The notes below the pieces were generated by a model. It was not told the DNA's origin and did not search any database. It saw only the letters and a program-made list of their open reading frames with translations. Shown one piece after another: positions 11,050-23,105 of a stretch of DNA of 64,000 nt. Source of the DNA: Anthoceros angustus. Its lineage: Eukaryota > Plantae > Anthocerotophyta. Within the stretch, counting starts at the first letter, position 1; each line of letters opens with the position of its first letter. Location: positions 62,001 to 126,000 of the forward strand of contig MU008221.1 in assembly GCA_010909165.1 (NCBI GenBank). The letters run 5' to 3'. The position numbers were made by a program, and so were the translations under genes.

Positions 11050-14000
11050 CGGCGCGGCTCAGGTGCTTCGCAGCGGAGGGGCCTAGTTCGGTGCGGAGGG
11101 GCCACGTTCGGCAAGGCGGGACCGGTTTCGTGGTGTCAAGGCCCGCCGGCGCGGAGGGGCTCGGTTTGGCACGGCGGGGCCTGGTTTTGGTGCACCGCGC
11201 CGGGGATTTCTCCGGCGGCGGGGCCCGAGTTTAGGATTTCCGGCCCTGACAGAGGCCTTTAGCCTCTTGAGCGTCCGCCGGCCGGTTTTGGGGACCAGGT
11301 AGGGGCCGCCTTGACTCCCAGTGGGTCGATGCGTTGACAAGGCTAAGGGCCATCGGTTGCTTTGGTGGTGGATTGACTGGGCCGTCATGTTTTGACGGGC
11401 CCCATGTTCTTATGGTTTCTGCAGGGAGTAGCGGGTGCGGGTGTTTGTCCGACTATGGGTTATCGAGGGTCCCAGTGGGTTGTGGCCTCTCTGGGCAGGG
11501 GCCTTTGGCCAGTCTATTAAGGCTCACCGTATGGAGTGCACACTCCATATGTCTAGTAAAGGCCGAGAACATTTTTTTTGCCCAACCCCCAATGCCTACT
11601 CGAGCCTCATACCCCCGGGCATCGTTCGAAGGTTGTTCCTTGCTTTCTGTTCTCCTACTTGTCCTATGCAACTTTGCTTTTGGCTTCTATTGGTTGGTTT
11701 TTTTTGTGCTCTCCCAAATGGTGCAGTCCACCCTTCCTGTGACCGTCAAGGACATTCCCTATCCGGTATGTGCTAAGCTTTGTTATGGGGTTAACGAAGA
11801 GAAATATCACATTGGGCACAAGGACTTCGATCGTACAATGTGGGAGGTTCAGGTGAGGCTTGCTTCCACCCTCGCTACTACGCCCTCCCCTTGGGCCGCC
11901 TTCTGAGTCTTAGCAGTGGCTGCGGATGCAATCGAATCATCTGCTTGCCCTGTACGAGATGTGTTTTCTCAGAGCCCGCCTTTTTCCGGCGTCTCCAGAG
12001 GCGCCTTCATGATGACGTTCGCCTTTCTTACCGGCTTTCCTTACAGCACCGAGCGGCGGACCCCGGGGATGAGGTGGCCTAGACATTGTTCCTTTTTTTC
12101 CCTCTGTGGTGTCTTCACTGCTCCAGGGGTGGTCCTTCAGGTGACAGGAGGTGGCTTCCTCGTCTCCGCCAGTTCTGGGCTAGGAAGTGGGAGGCCCTGC
12201 AGGAGGAGGGCGAGCATGCAGCGAGATCCAGTCTGGAGTCGGCCAAGGTGGACCAAGTTTGTCGGGACTCACCAAGGCACGTCTCAAGAGGTGTCTCCTG
12301 CTAAGCCAGGTTGGGGAATACACCAGGGCTACCCGAGCCCTTTGCCCGAAACCAGTGGTGCCAGCATCTAAGGAGACCATTGTTGTTCTCCGCGCCCTTT
12401 ATCTCGCCCCTGGTAACCTCATCCCATAAGATATCGTGGATTTCCCTGATAAGGAGCCTTATTGTTTCGATAGGGCGGTCTTCGGCAGGGCCCTTACCAC
12501 TGCCCCGCGGCTTTCATCGGATGGTCTATCAGGAACTGTGTACGACCACCTTTGGAATTATTTTGCTCCGAGGATCGTGGCAAGGGGCAAAACCCCCCAC
12601 CGGATCTGTTAGGTGTTGGGTGCCGGCAGGTTACTAACTTATTGAGCAACCCACGCCTGGGGTGCACTGTATCGCCGTCGGGGAGGCGTTTCTGTGCCTC
12701 ATAAGACACAACATTATCATTCAACTCCGGGAGCAATTCTAGGTGCACCTTTGCCCCCACCAATTTCGGATTGCCACTCCAGGGGGCTAAGAGTAGGCGA
12801 TCTTCAATGTGGAGGTGATTCTGGAGTCACATCACGATTAGGTCGCATTGCAAGTGGACGTTGAGAACACTTTCAACATTGTCTCCAGGGCGGTTATCTT
12901 CATTGAGCTCAAGCAGGCTAGCGGGCAGCTCGCAAGTCTCATTCCATTTGTCCGCTCTTTTTACGGTTCCCCATCTAACCTCTACTATCAACACGGGCCA
13001 TCTTCGGAGAGCCTCCGTGCTCGACTCAGCGATGGGCACGAGGCAAGGGGACCCCTTGGGAGGTGCCCTCTTCACCATGGCGCACTTCAGGGCTCTGTCC
13101 ACTCCTGCCTCCGCAGCCTGGGAGTGTCTCTTTCTGTCAGTGGTTGATGATACTCGTATCCTAGGGCTAGGGGGCCAGGTCAGGGAAGCTTTCGAGCTCC
13201 TCTCCTTGGAGCTCTCATGCCTGGGCTTGAGGGTTAAGATTTTGAACTGCAAGGTTTGGTCCCCTCTGGCATTATGCCCTCTCTCCAATATCCGGGGAGA
13301 AGGGGAGGCGGGGGAGGATGGGGAGGGGAGGGGAGGATGGTGGGAGGCGGGGGAGGATGGGGAGGATGGGGAGGCGGGGGAGGATGGGGAGGCGGGGGAG
13401 GATGGGGAGGAGGAGGAGGAGGAGGGGAGAAGGCGGGAAGGGAGAGAGGGGGGACTTCACAAGGACTTCGTGTATAAGGAGTCTCGGTGGGACTCCCGGA
13501 CTTCATTTAGTTATTCGTGGATGCGGATTTGGCGGAGGATGTAGGCAACTTTTGCTAGCGGACTAGCAGGGTGCACGCTTATAACCCAATGTCGTTGTAG
13601 TACTGGGGTTCGTTCTACAGGGAATGGACTCGTGCTTATTTTGCCTAAGCTCTACAACTAGTTGCCCGAACGGACTTCATCATGTTGGGTCCAGCAGACT
13701 CCGCAAACCCTAGGCGTGTGCCGCTCCGCAACTCGATGGACCAGACGCGCGATCTCCGGACCTTTCCACAAACTCCGCTCATGGCATCTCAGAACACCGT
13801 TTAAGGTCCGGCACTGCACGATTTAACGACGCGCCCCGCTCGTCTTTAGCGCCAACAAGACGACCTCCTTACACTCCATCTTCTACCCCCACAACTCTCG
13901 ACTCCGCTTAACAATAACTCCAATACAATGCCCAGGCCACCACACCGTGCTTCCTTCTCCTTTCCCACACACAGCTAGTATCTGCAACACCAACGCGCCG

Positions 14001-15010
14001 GCGTATTCACACCGGACCGCCTTTGCTCCTTCCTGCTGCTTCGTATTCTGTGAGGTAGTGGCTTCTTAGCCTACAACCCCACGGCCTCCGCCCCAGCAAC
14101 CTCCTAGTATGGCAGCCACCAAGGATGGCCTCGCACCGGGGAAACTCCCTCGGGCACCACCTGAGCTTCGGTCCGAACCTAGTCTGCACCCACCAAGCGT
14201 GCTAGCGGAGCTCGTCACTAGCGCTCTCGGAACATCCACTTGCCATCAATTAATCCTGCAGGTAACATACACCCCGCTCCTCGAACACGGGAGGGCAAGA
14301 GCACACGGAGCACGAAGTTGGGACTCAGGATAGTCTGTGGATCTCGGGCGCTAGGCCTCCTTATATACCCCCCACACCCTAATCTAACCCGCCTATGTAT
14401 GTACCTTAACCCTGGGTCGTTGTAACTGCCAGGCCGTAGCTCATCATTCCGCTGGACTTCTTCCACCGGCCGCTCTCCCGCTAAGCAGCAAATTCGTTTC
14501 CAAAACTCGCCGTCCGGACTACGTCGACTAGATTAACCGTTTAAGGTCCGGCGGACCAATCGGTAAGCGGAGACCGCTCTGGACTACGCTGTCCGGACCA
14601 ACTCTATCCATCCAACGTGACCAACCCGCCAGGCACACTTTAACGGACTTACTCCGGCAAGCTCCCCCTTCGCCAAATCAACGTATCTCGATGAACCAAT
14701 CCAGCACTCGCCGGAGGTCTCTCCTTTCCTCTGTGGTGGCTTTCTTTCGACACCGGGTATCAATTGCCCTACAAAGGGCGGTGGTTAACGCTGTTTACAG
14801 AACAGCAATGAGCGCAGGAGACGCGGCGTCATCGGCACTAGTCATACGTAGGGCTTTCCTTATCTCAGACCATGACATTCTTGGAGCGGTAGGTAGTTAT
14901 AGATTCGACATTCGTGAGGGCTAGCCCCCTTGGCCTTCGGCCCTCTTGTCGGTTGTTCCCTATCAGCTTGGGGTGGATGGGTCTTCCCATTCTTCTTCTT
15001 TATAAAGTCT
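11050..15010 (+). mobile_element. Degenerate non-LTR retrotransposon, CRE-like clade; ~13284-14700 replaced by unrelated sequence
   Basis: Frameshifted RT motifs: QVDVENTFNIVSR, GTRQGDPLGGALF, SVVDDTRILG, LGLRV..KVWS (12840-13265); N-terminal PLWCLHCSRGG and GEYTRATRAL; C-terminal FRHRVSIALQRA (14740-14780); 5' boundary approximate. Confidence 0.78.
13293..13452 (+). repeat. Purine-rich low-complexity tract (GGGGAGGCG/GGGGAGGAT units)
   Basis: Directly visible, almost only G/A. Confidence 0.95.
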
Positions 15011-15484
15011 CCAGACTTCGTTTATGTATCTTGGCATCAATATTGGAGAATGTTACTCTCACCTAAAAGTACATTCGTTGTCTCCGCATTTGAGAGCAAA
15101 TTAAGAGCACGATAATTCAATAACTTAGTTTTACAGCTTAGATGTATCAAGGTCACTAATTAATGGATATGATATTTTATTTTTATTTTTAACAACATGT
15201 TTTAAATATCGATAATATTAAATATGAAATAAATGCAATAGTTGTTGAGGAGGACTACTATGGCTTACCAAAGAGGACTGAGGGAGGCCGATGTTCTTTT
15301 CTTTTCTGTACAATACATCATTCCGTATATATATGCGTCGGTATACAATATGAGCCATATCCAAAACTTCTAAAAGAGTGGCCTACCTCGCACCAAAGCA
15401 GGTTGACATTGCGAACATCTGATTTCTCTTTTGTTTCCATGTGATGATCAAGCCACCATGATTAGCCTCGATCAAGCCCACCAG

Positions 15485-15606
15485 GCTTGCCAAGCCGCAA
15501 TGATCGGGCTCAATTAAGCCCATCTACAAGCCCACTCGGTGCGCGCTTGCCAAGCCGCAATGATCGGGCTCAATTAAGCCCATCTACAAGCCCACTCGGT
15601 GCGCTT
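15485..15606. repeat. Perfect 60-bp tandem duplication
   Basis: GCTTGCCAAGCCGCAATGATCGGG...CTCGGTGCGC twice. Confidence 0.95.
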
Positions 15607-16579
15607 ACAGATGTCCATCCTAGTACACCGAAGGCAGCCTCCGGGCACCAAATTAGATGCGGAAGAAAAAAGTTGTGAAGGAAAGGTATGAAGAGGATGG
15701 GGAAAGAAAGAAAGAGCTACTCTCTTTGGATGTCCGTATTGGTAGACCACATACTACTAATTTTAGAATAACATCTTTTCTAGAACACTTCATAAATTTT
15801 AATTGAGGAAGACTACGGATTTTACAACATAAGTCTTTTAAACCACTTTATAAATTAATTAATAATAACATTCATATCATGTAAATATCCATACATAGCA
15901 CATAATAGAATGTCAAATATCCCCTTTCACTCAGCATGTCTCCCGTGTGGACGAGTCCTCCAATTAGCTTTGAAACATTGGTAGGAAAACAAAGAAACTT
16001 TGCTCAGCTCGTCTAACATTAATAGCCCTCTAGCTTGTCTTGACATAAGTGTAACTTGGTGGTTCACGTGTACACTCCTCGGTCTTCTTTAGTCATTCCA
16101 CACAATCCTTTGGGTCCTTGCGTATTCTAAACTACTCCACCCGCAAGAAATTTGTAAGTTTTGGGTACCACTAATTTTGCAAAAGTTTTGTACCCAATAC
16201 TCTCATAAGGCATATTTGAGATGATGACAACCTTCGTCTCCGTGATGTGAATGGCATTTATTTGCAAAATTTTTCTACACAATACCCACATAGAACACAT
16301 TTGAGATGATGACAATATTTGTCTCCATGATGTAATTAGCATTCCCCTTCAAATATCCCTGTTTGACATTGTCACAAGCAGTTCTCTCAACATCATAAGA
16401 GATAACATCTTGTGCAAACTCATAGTCTTAGCCTTTGAGTCCCCTTTTCCTGCGTTGTTCCCCTCAATATGACAATATGTGAGAATTTAATATGGACTAT
16501 CTTCTTTAATAGCCCATCTTATATGTCATATAGTAGGCTAATTCGAAGTTCATGTCATGGGCTATACGACGAGCCACAA

Positions 16580-17029
16580 CTATCTATCTACATGATGAGC
16601 TACAACTTGAGTTATGCGAGCGGCCATGTCAATGAGCCTCCCTAAGGCGGATCTGTCTTGGCGTCTCTCTTGAGCCACCTCGGGGACCATTTGAGGGAAG
16701 AGGTGAGCATCTTGACTCACCTCAGGGACCATTTGAGGGAAGAAGTTAGCATCTTGACCCACCTCAGGGACCATTTGAGGGAAGAAGTTAGCATCTTGAC
16801 CTACCTCGGGGACTATTTGAGGGAAAACGTTAGCCTCTTGAGCCACACCAGGGACCGTTTGAGGGAAGAGGTTAGCAATGAGATGTCTACATAAGGGACA
16901 ATTGGGTTGTCTAAGTATCCATGACTGAAGGCATGGCTGATGAAATATATGAAAGCATGGTGTTTTGACTAAAATAATTTCTTTTGGTCCCACTAAATGA
17001 TCTAGACAAATGCTACACTTGGCCATCAT
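16580..17029 (-). CDS. Small intronless RING-H2 protein followed by five 14-aa tandem repeats
   Basis: CSIC...CFHIFHQPC..W....NCPLC (C3H2C3); ANxFPQMVPEVGQD-type repeat x5 (42-bp unit). Confidence 0.75.
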   Translation of the reverse strand: MMAKCSICLDHLVGPKEIILVKTPCFHIFHQPCLQSWILRQPNCPLCRHLIANLFPQTVPGVAQEANVFPQIVPEVGQDANFFPQMVPEVGQDANFFPQMVPEVSQDAHLFPQMVPEVAQERRQDRSALGRLIDMAARITQVVAHHVDR

Positions 17030-18033
17030 GATCGATAGATAAATAGATGGATTTTTACACACTACAAAGTCTCACATGATGGAAACTAACATGCCCTACA
17101 ACTTGAAACAAGGAAACAAGTCGTGGATTCTATAACTAAATCATAAAGTGAAAAAAAGAAAAGAAAATAAAATTGGTTGAGAAAATGCTTTTTCTCCTTC
17201 TAGAGTTGATCTCACAGTAGGTCATCAAAATACAATCGCCCTATGCAAACTGGGTCCCATATGTATAGGCTTCTACTTTATTATTATTTCCATCCCAAAA
17301 GCATTTTTTAGGAAGTTAGGGTCTTTTCACGTTTACTTATATTCTCACTTCTTAATTTAGGATAGGCTAGAATCAGAAGGTTTTGTTATGATGTTAAAGA
17401 AGGAATTATTTTTTTAGTAGATTTTTCAAAAATGGAAAAGATAATGAGGAGGAATATGGACAGAGAAAGATGGGTTCGTCCAATCTACTAAAGGACATTA
17501 AAGGAGACCCCATGGACATGAAAGAAGACCCACGACATGAAAGGAAACCCGCGAGTAGTAGAAAAGGAGCAACTAATCTCTCTGTCTCCTCTAGCTTCAT
17601 GGCCCTAGTGAGCCGCCTGCTATAAACATCATGCCCTCGTTTATGCAGTGTGCGGGGCCGCTCTTGTTAAGGTCTACGGGACTTCTCTAGCTCCGAATTC
17701 GCTAAAATTAAGTTCTATGTCTAATCATGGATCCAAAGTTTAAGGTTTTGTTTGTCGACCAAGCGCTGGGCTCGTGTCTAATCATAGTTTCAAGTTTAAG
17801 GTTTTTGTCGGTCGACTAGGCCCTAGGTTGGTTCCGTTCTTCCTTGCACGTGTGGCGCATATGCATGTGCAGCGCTTGGAGGGCATGTTCGTGGTAGCCA
17901 GCTGTGATAGCGGTCATTTGGCTTGGGGTGAGCGGTGGTAAACAGGTCATTTGTCAGGGCGCGCATTACTTTAAAGTGCCAAGGAGCAAACCCTGCCCAT
18001 TACACGGGGAGAAGTGCGCCCGCATGTTGCAAT

Positions 18034-18236
18034 GCGTGACACATTGTGGCGTCATATGTCCAACTCACGACAAGAAGAAACCACTGCTCACATCCCGTGT
18101 CACATTTGGCGGCAGACGACCAGATCATGAAGGGCGTGACACATTGTGGCGTCATATGTCCAACTCACGACAAGAAGAAACCACTGCTCACATCCCGTGT
18201 CACATTTGGCGGCAGACGACCAGATCATGAAGGGCG
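18034..18236. repeat. Perfect 100-bp tandem duplication
   Basis: GCGTGACACATTGTGGCG...GATCATGAAGG twice. Confidence 0.95.
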
Positions 18237-18583
18237 GAAGATGCAATAGTGTACATATTTATGCGGCTCACTTCAGCAGGTGCACATTAGGAAGTAGAGA
18301 CCCAGCACACCAGAATCAGCAGGGCAGCACACAAGGAGAGAACGATGGAGATGGAGCAAGAGCCTCCACGTTCTTCATCACTCCGTCCCATGGCCGTGTC
18401 CCTTTCCTCCGCTAGTAGAACCAAGAGTCTTGTTAGCTGGTTCGCACTTGACTGACCTACTAACACCTGTGAGAACATCCAGCCGTGCATCAGAGCAGAT
18501 GGAAGAAATCCCGCACCACCTCCTTCGCCTGCAGATGCTAGAAAGGAAGACGCAACTAGATTTTTTCCACCACCCTCCCCTGT

Positions 18584-21366
18584 TCAACCTGAAGCAAGCG
18601 CCTCAGTTGCTGCCTCCTGTTCCTCATCATCGACACTGGAAAACTTGTAACTGTCATATACCTGCAGAAACATTTCTCTGCAAGGCACTACGGATTGCAG
18701 CTTGATGCAGGCCAGGAATGCACCCGACAGCTTTCTGTGCAGACTGTAAGCCTCGTCGGGGGGTGGAGTCAACCTGTGCCTCAACATCGTAGCACCCAAG
18801 GCTGAAACTCGTCTCGTCAGATCCGTTGATCGGAAATCATACCCTCCAAAGTTTGCAAATGGTAATCCCACCACGAAAGCAGCTTCCACGTGTGCGTCCA
18901 GCATTAGCTTGGATTCCTGGCCGGTGAGGAAGCCCAGCTTCACGGACATCTCGATTACCTTGGATCGATCTTTGTCTGCACAAGCCCGGACCTGTTTGTA
19001 CATGGCCACGTTAGAAAAGGCCAAACAAGGGGTGCCCTGAATAAGGAGAAGTGAAGGTTAGTCCTACCATCTGAAGATAATTGTCAACAAAATGCTTTGG
19101 GTAGTCACGTGCAGCTCCGAAATCGATGAGGTTAATCGTGTCGGTCGACTCGTCGTACAGAAAATTGCCCCAGTTGGGATCAGTCTGCAGCATAGCCACA
19201 GCAGGTCCTATGAACTTATTAACAACTGGTTAGGATAATGTACCACGCTGTTTCACAGGGCACACAGTTAGGTGAAAACTTGCCTGCATGAATCGAAACT
19301 CAAATAGTTCTGTGAGGGTCAGCCTCAGAAGCCGAAGGGCCACACTATTACGAGTCTCCTGACTTAGTTTTGCCACTTTATCAATAGACACTCCTATTCG
19401 CGCACAAGCAGAAAAACAGAGTCAGGTCAAACTGCTTCCATGCCCTCCACACATGAATAAATTGCTGAAATGAGTGACTAGTCAGGCAGGCCCTACCAGG
19501 TACAAGTTCAGATGTCAGCACCCGCATGCTACTAAACTCATCAATCACTTCTGGCACGTGCAAACCCTTCTGACTTGATAGAAGTTGTTTGAATCTCTTC
19601 TGATTCGATGCCTCTAGATCATAGTTGCATTCTCGAGCCAGTTCGTCTTTTGCAACCTGAAAGAGATATGCAGCAATACTGAGAACCCAAGCCAGTGCTT
19701 GAGACCATTAACTTTCAAGCAAAAAGCAAATGAGGTTCCTCCAAGTGTTGGGCTGTGTGGCTACCTTCATGGCCTGATCCAAGTAGAGACCTTCAGGAAT
19801 TAAGTTAGTGTAATCCAGCAGCCGCTTCACATTTTCGATATCACTGTTGATGCTGTCTGCAACCCCAGGGTACTGCACTTTCATAGCAACAGTGCGCCCA
19901 TCTTTCAACACTGCTCTATGCACCTGGTCCCACAACACCTTGAAAAATCAGGAACGAAGACTTCCTCAAGCGACAACCGGTATGAGGACACTCAGTATAA
20001 TGAAATCTGTTTTGAACCTCGAGACACGGTAAAAGCTTGCAAATCCAGTACCTGGCCAATGCTTGCTGATGCAATAGGTTCATCTTCAAAACTATCCAAT
20101 CGATCTCGCCAATCAGGCCCCAGCTCATGTACAAGAACCTTGTTCAACTGCCGCCTTGGCATCACATCTGCTCCTTGCCGGACACTTTCAAGTGCTGCCA
20201 AAACCTGCACTGATGTTAGAGCTTCCCATCATGCCACCCAGCATCAACTGAGGGCTAGCCATAGCCTTTCCACAGTGCAGCATTCTGTCAAATATGCCAT
20301 CAGCCACATGGCAGAAGCATACCTGAGGGGGAACAACTGACTCATCCTGTATGCTTAGCATTTGTCCCAGTTTTAAAGCAGCTCCTCGCATACGGCACAG
20401 TGCAAGTGCTAGACGCTCAGCGTTCTGCTCAGTGATGAATGGAGAGAGGCCAGCTGCTCCAGCAGTTTTTCCCTGCCCCTCCCATAGCCTCTTAGCTGAC
20501 TCTTGCAGAGTGCCCCAAGCCAGACCTGCTCCTAGTCCTGCAAACCTGGCCATTATAGCCCAATTAGTGGCAGTAATGAACACATGACAACTCTAAGAGG
20601 AAGACAATCCTCCCTAGTTAAGAAGGGGGCCAGAGAACCGTAGTGGATCTCACCCCAACACTCTTCCAAGGGAAGTCGATGGTACATGTCTCTCCCTTGG
20701 TCTCCGTTTCTTCATCACTGGTTCACCAGCTCCTGGACGGCCCCCTGCAGCAACCTTCCGCAGTGCTACGTCCAGTTCCGCATCCTGGCGCGTAGATGCT
20801 GAGCTTGTGCCTCCGGTTGACGCCTGCTGTTCTGCCTCCAGTCGGGCCGCGGAGTCAACATCTGCAGAAGTAGCCCATTCATCCCTCTGCATGCTATCAG
20901 GCTTTGACGTTGCTGGATCAATGGTAACACCCAGTGGTCCTTCATGCCGTTCGAATTCATTCATTTGCTGCTGATGCGACTCGCCATGCGCATTTCGACT
21001 TGCTCTCTCATTGAGCTGTGATGACACAGTCCTTGGGGATGTCTGAGTCGCAACCTCCCTTTGCCCCTCTTTTCCCGTATGTCCTTCTGCAGCAGACTCT
21101 TTGGCCACTCTAACATACTTGACATCTTCATGGCTGACGGATGGATCCAAGCCCTGATAAGAATGAAGGCGACCCCTTGTCAATCCAGTCAATTCTGTTG
21201 CAGCCTCAACTAGGCTCTTCACAGTTGCGACAGCAGATCCTCTCACATCTCCAGCTCTAAGCCTGTTGATGACGGGAGCTGCAGAAACAGCCTCCCTCAC
21301 CACCAAGCCCACACCAGCAGCAAGCCTGATAAATTCTTCCAGGCGGGACACTCCCTGTCTGGCCAT
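18584..21366 (-). CDS. ABC1: Mitochondrial ABC1/COQ8 atypical kinase, multi-exon
   Basis: [36 protein letters not shown]|[51 protein letters not shown]; exact 3' end uncertain. Confidence 0.93.
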
Positions 21367-22151
21367 TACTCTCCAACAACCAAACCTTCGTTACCAAATG
21401 ACAAAGGATCTCCAGCAGAGACACTAGGATTAGGGTTCATTCCTCTGCCAATTTGATGGTCCAAGCAGGATGCATGCCCAAGTTACGCAGATTCTTCCCC
21501 ACGGACCACGTCTTAGACCGTGTCGCGTCCCACATTATTCCGCCAGCAAGGAAGTCCGAGATCGGAAGTCCTTCACCGGGAGGTCAGATCTTCAGGTGTG
21601 GACCTGCAGGACCTTCACAGCAAGCAACGGGCGCATCTCACAGAATTGCCTTCCCCCTACGCTTGTTGGCTTGCCACTTCACCCAATCGGGCATCATCCA
21701 CAATCCAAAGCGTGATCCAAGGCACACATTGGATCGCGATACGAATGCGCTTCTCTGCGGCGGAATCGAAGCATTTGATCGCAACTCCGCACCTAATTGT
21801 TTCGATGGTAAACGTGGAACTCGTCGGGCCGCACAAAGATCACGGACAAGTGTCATTGCCTCATGGTAGTATGAGCGAGCTTGTGTGGCAAGTCTGCGAT
21901 GCAGACCGTGGCTGTTAGGTCTTCAGACGACATGATTCACATGAACTCGGTTGGTTATGTCTGATCAAGCTGCGCTTTCACAGAAGTATGCCGCATTCGA
22001 TAGAGTTGGTTTCCAGTGGAACAAGATCAACGGCTACACGGAGACGTTGCAGCAGCCTGGAAAAAGGTTTCTTTAAGACAACGAAACCGGACGACAAGCA
22101 TGCTGCCGGTACAGACAAGCTCAGGCAGGAGTCCGACTCCTGGTGAGCATG

Positions 22152-22676
22152 TCATACAATGGCATTTGCAAGACTGGGTATCCTTGGCCACAAACCTGCA
22201 TACTCCCTTCCAATAGGGACGGTGATGGCAGATCCTGCATGACACCATCAATCGCTAGGCTGAGAAGGTAACAAGCTTGGGAACCAACTTTTTCACACTC
22301 TGTGAGCTCAGCTACGTCTCTTGGCAGATCCCTCACACGGCTGCAACGACATACGCTTAACACGTCTTGAAGAACCATACCTTTCATCACGACTTTGGAT
22401 TAGCACTGACTCCAGTTGTGTCTGCCAGCGGCACCAGCAGGTATCAGTGGCCAGCAACATCAGCGGCTCCTCACACCCAAATCCCAGGACAGTCTCACAC
22501 TCGAAGTACATAAAGGCACCACCATCCTTTCTCCTCCAGGGCTTCCGCTGCCGGACGATGACAGCTGGCATCACCGTCCTCCGGGGATCGGGCATCTCGC
22601 TCCTCACAGTGGCCATGACCATGTCCCCATCAGCTGCAACAGGGAGCCTGTTCCTTCACACCCTTCACCGACGACA
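22152..22676 (-). pseudogene. 5'-truncated, intron-retaining RPL23 pseudogene
   Basis: [41 protein letters not shown]; degraded exon 3; exon 4 [26 protein letters not shown]; indels, first half missing. Confidence 0.9.
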
Positions 22677-23105
22677 AGACTCACCTTCCTCAGAATTAGG
22701 ATCCCCCAAATCATGCTGCATGTCTCCCTCTGCAGTAGGGGGGCCTACCCTCTTGTGGAATCCTCCTCCTGAGAGTGATGACTTCCTCACCCAGAAGGAA
22801 GGCTGTTGGAAAATTGATGTATGGAAACCCAAAACCTTGAAGCTGCTTTCTCAGCCATAAGGACCACAGTACAGGCAGAATACCTCGCTTCCACAAGGGG
22901 TCAGCTGCACATGCGGCGGATGAGAGCTGAGGGAGAAACAGTGTTCCAGATCTAGGGTGTGCGTAGAATATCGTAGTCTCCTGGTGCAATGTTTTGACGC
23001 TCTGGAATATCGTGCAGGTTTGGAAGATAGTGCCTGTCTGGCACCTTGTAGTGGGTCAGAGGATGGTGGAAACGGCAGGGCTTCCTCTATTCTCGCTAGA
23101 CAATT

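Noticed and set aside
13234-13566. Pro-, Gly- and Arg-rich ORFs (extensin/GRP-like)
   Set aside because: By-products of the purine tract, open in several frames on both strands
21920-21970. Possible C/D box snoRNA (ATGATT...CTGA)
   Set aside because: Imperfect C box, too short, no terminal stem or guide recognised
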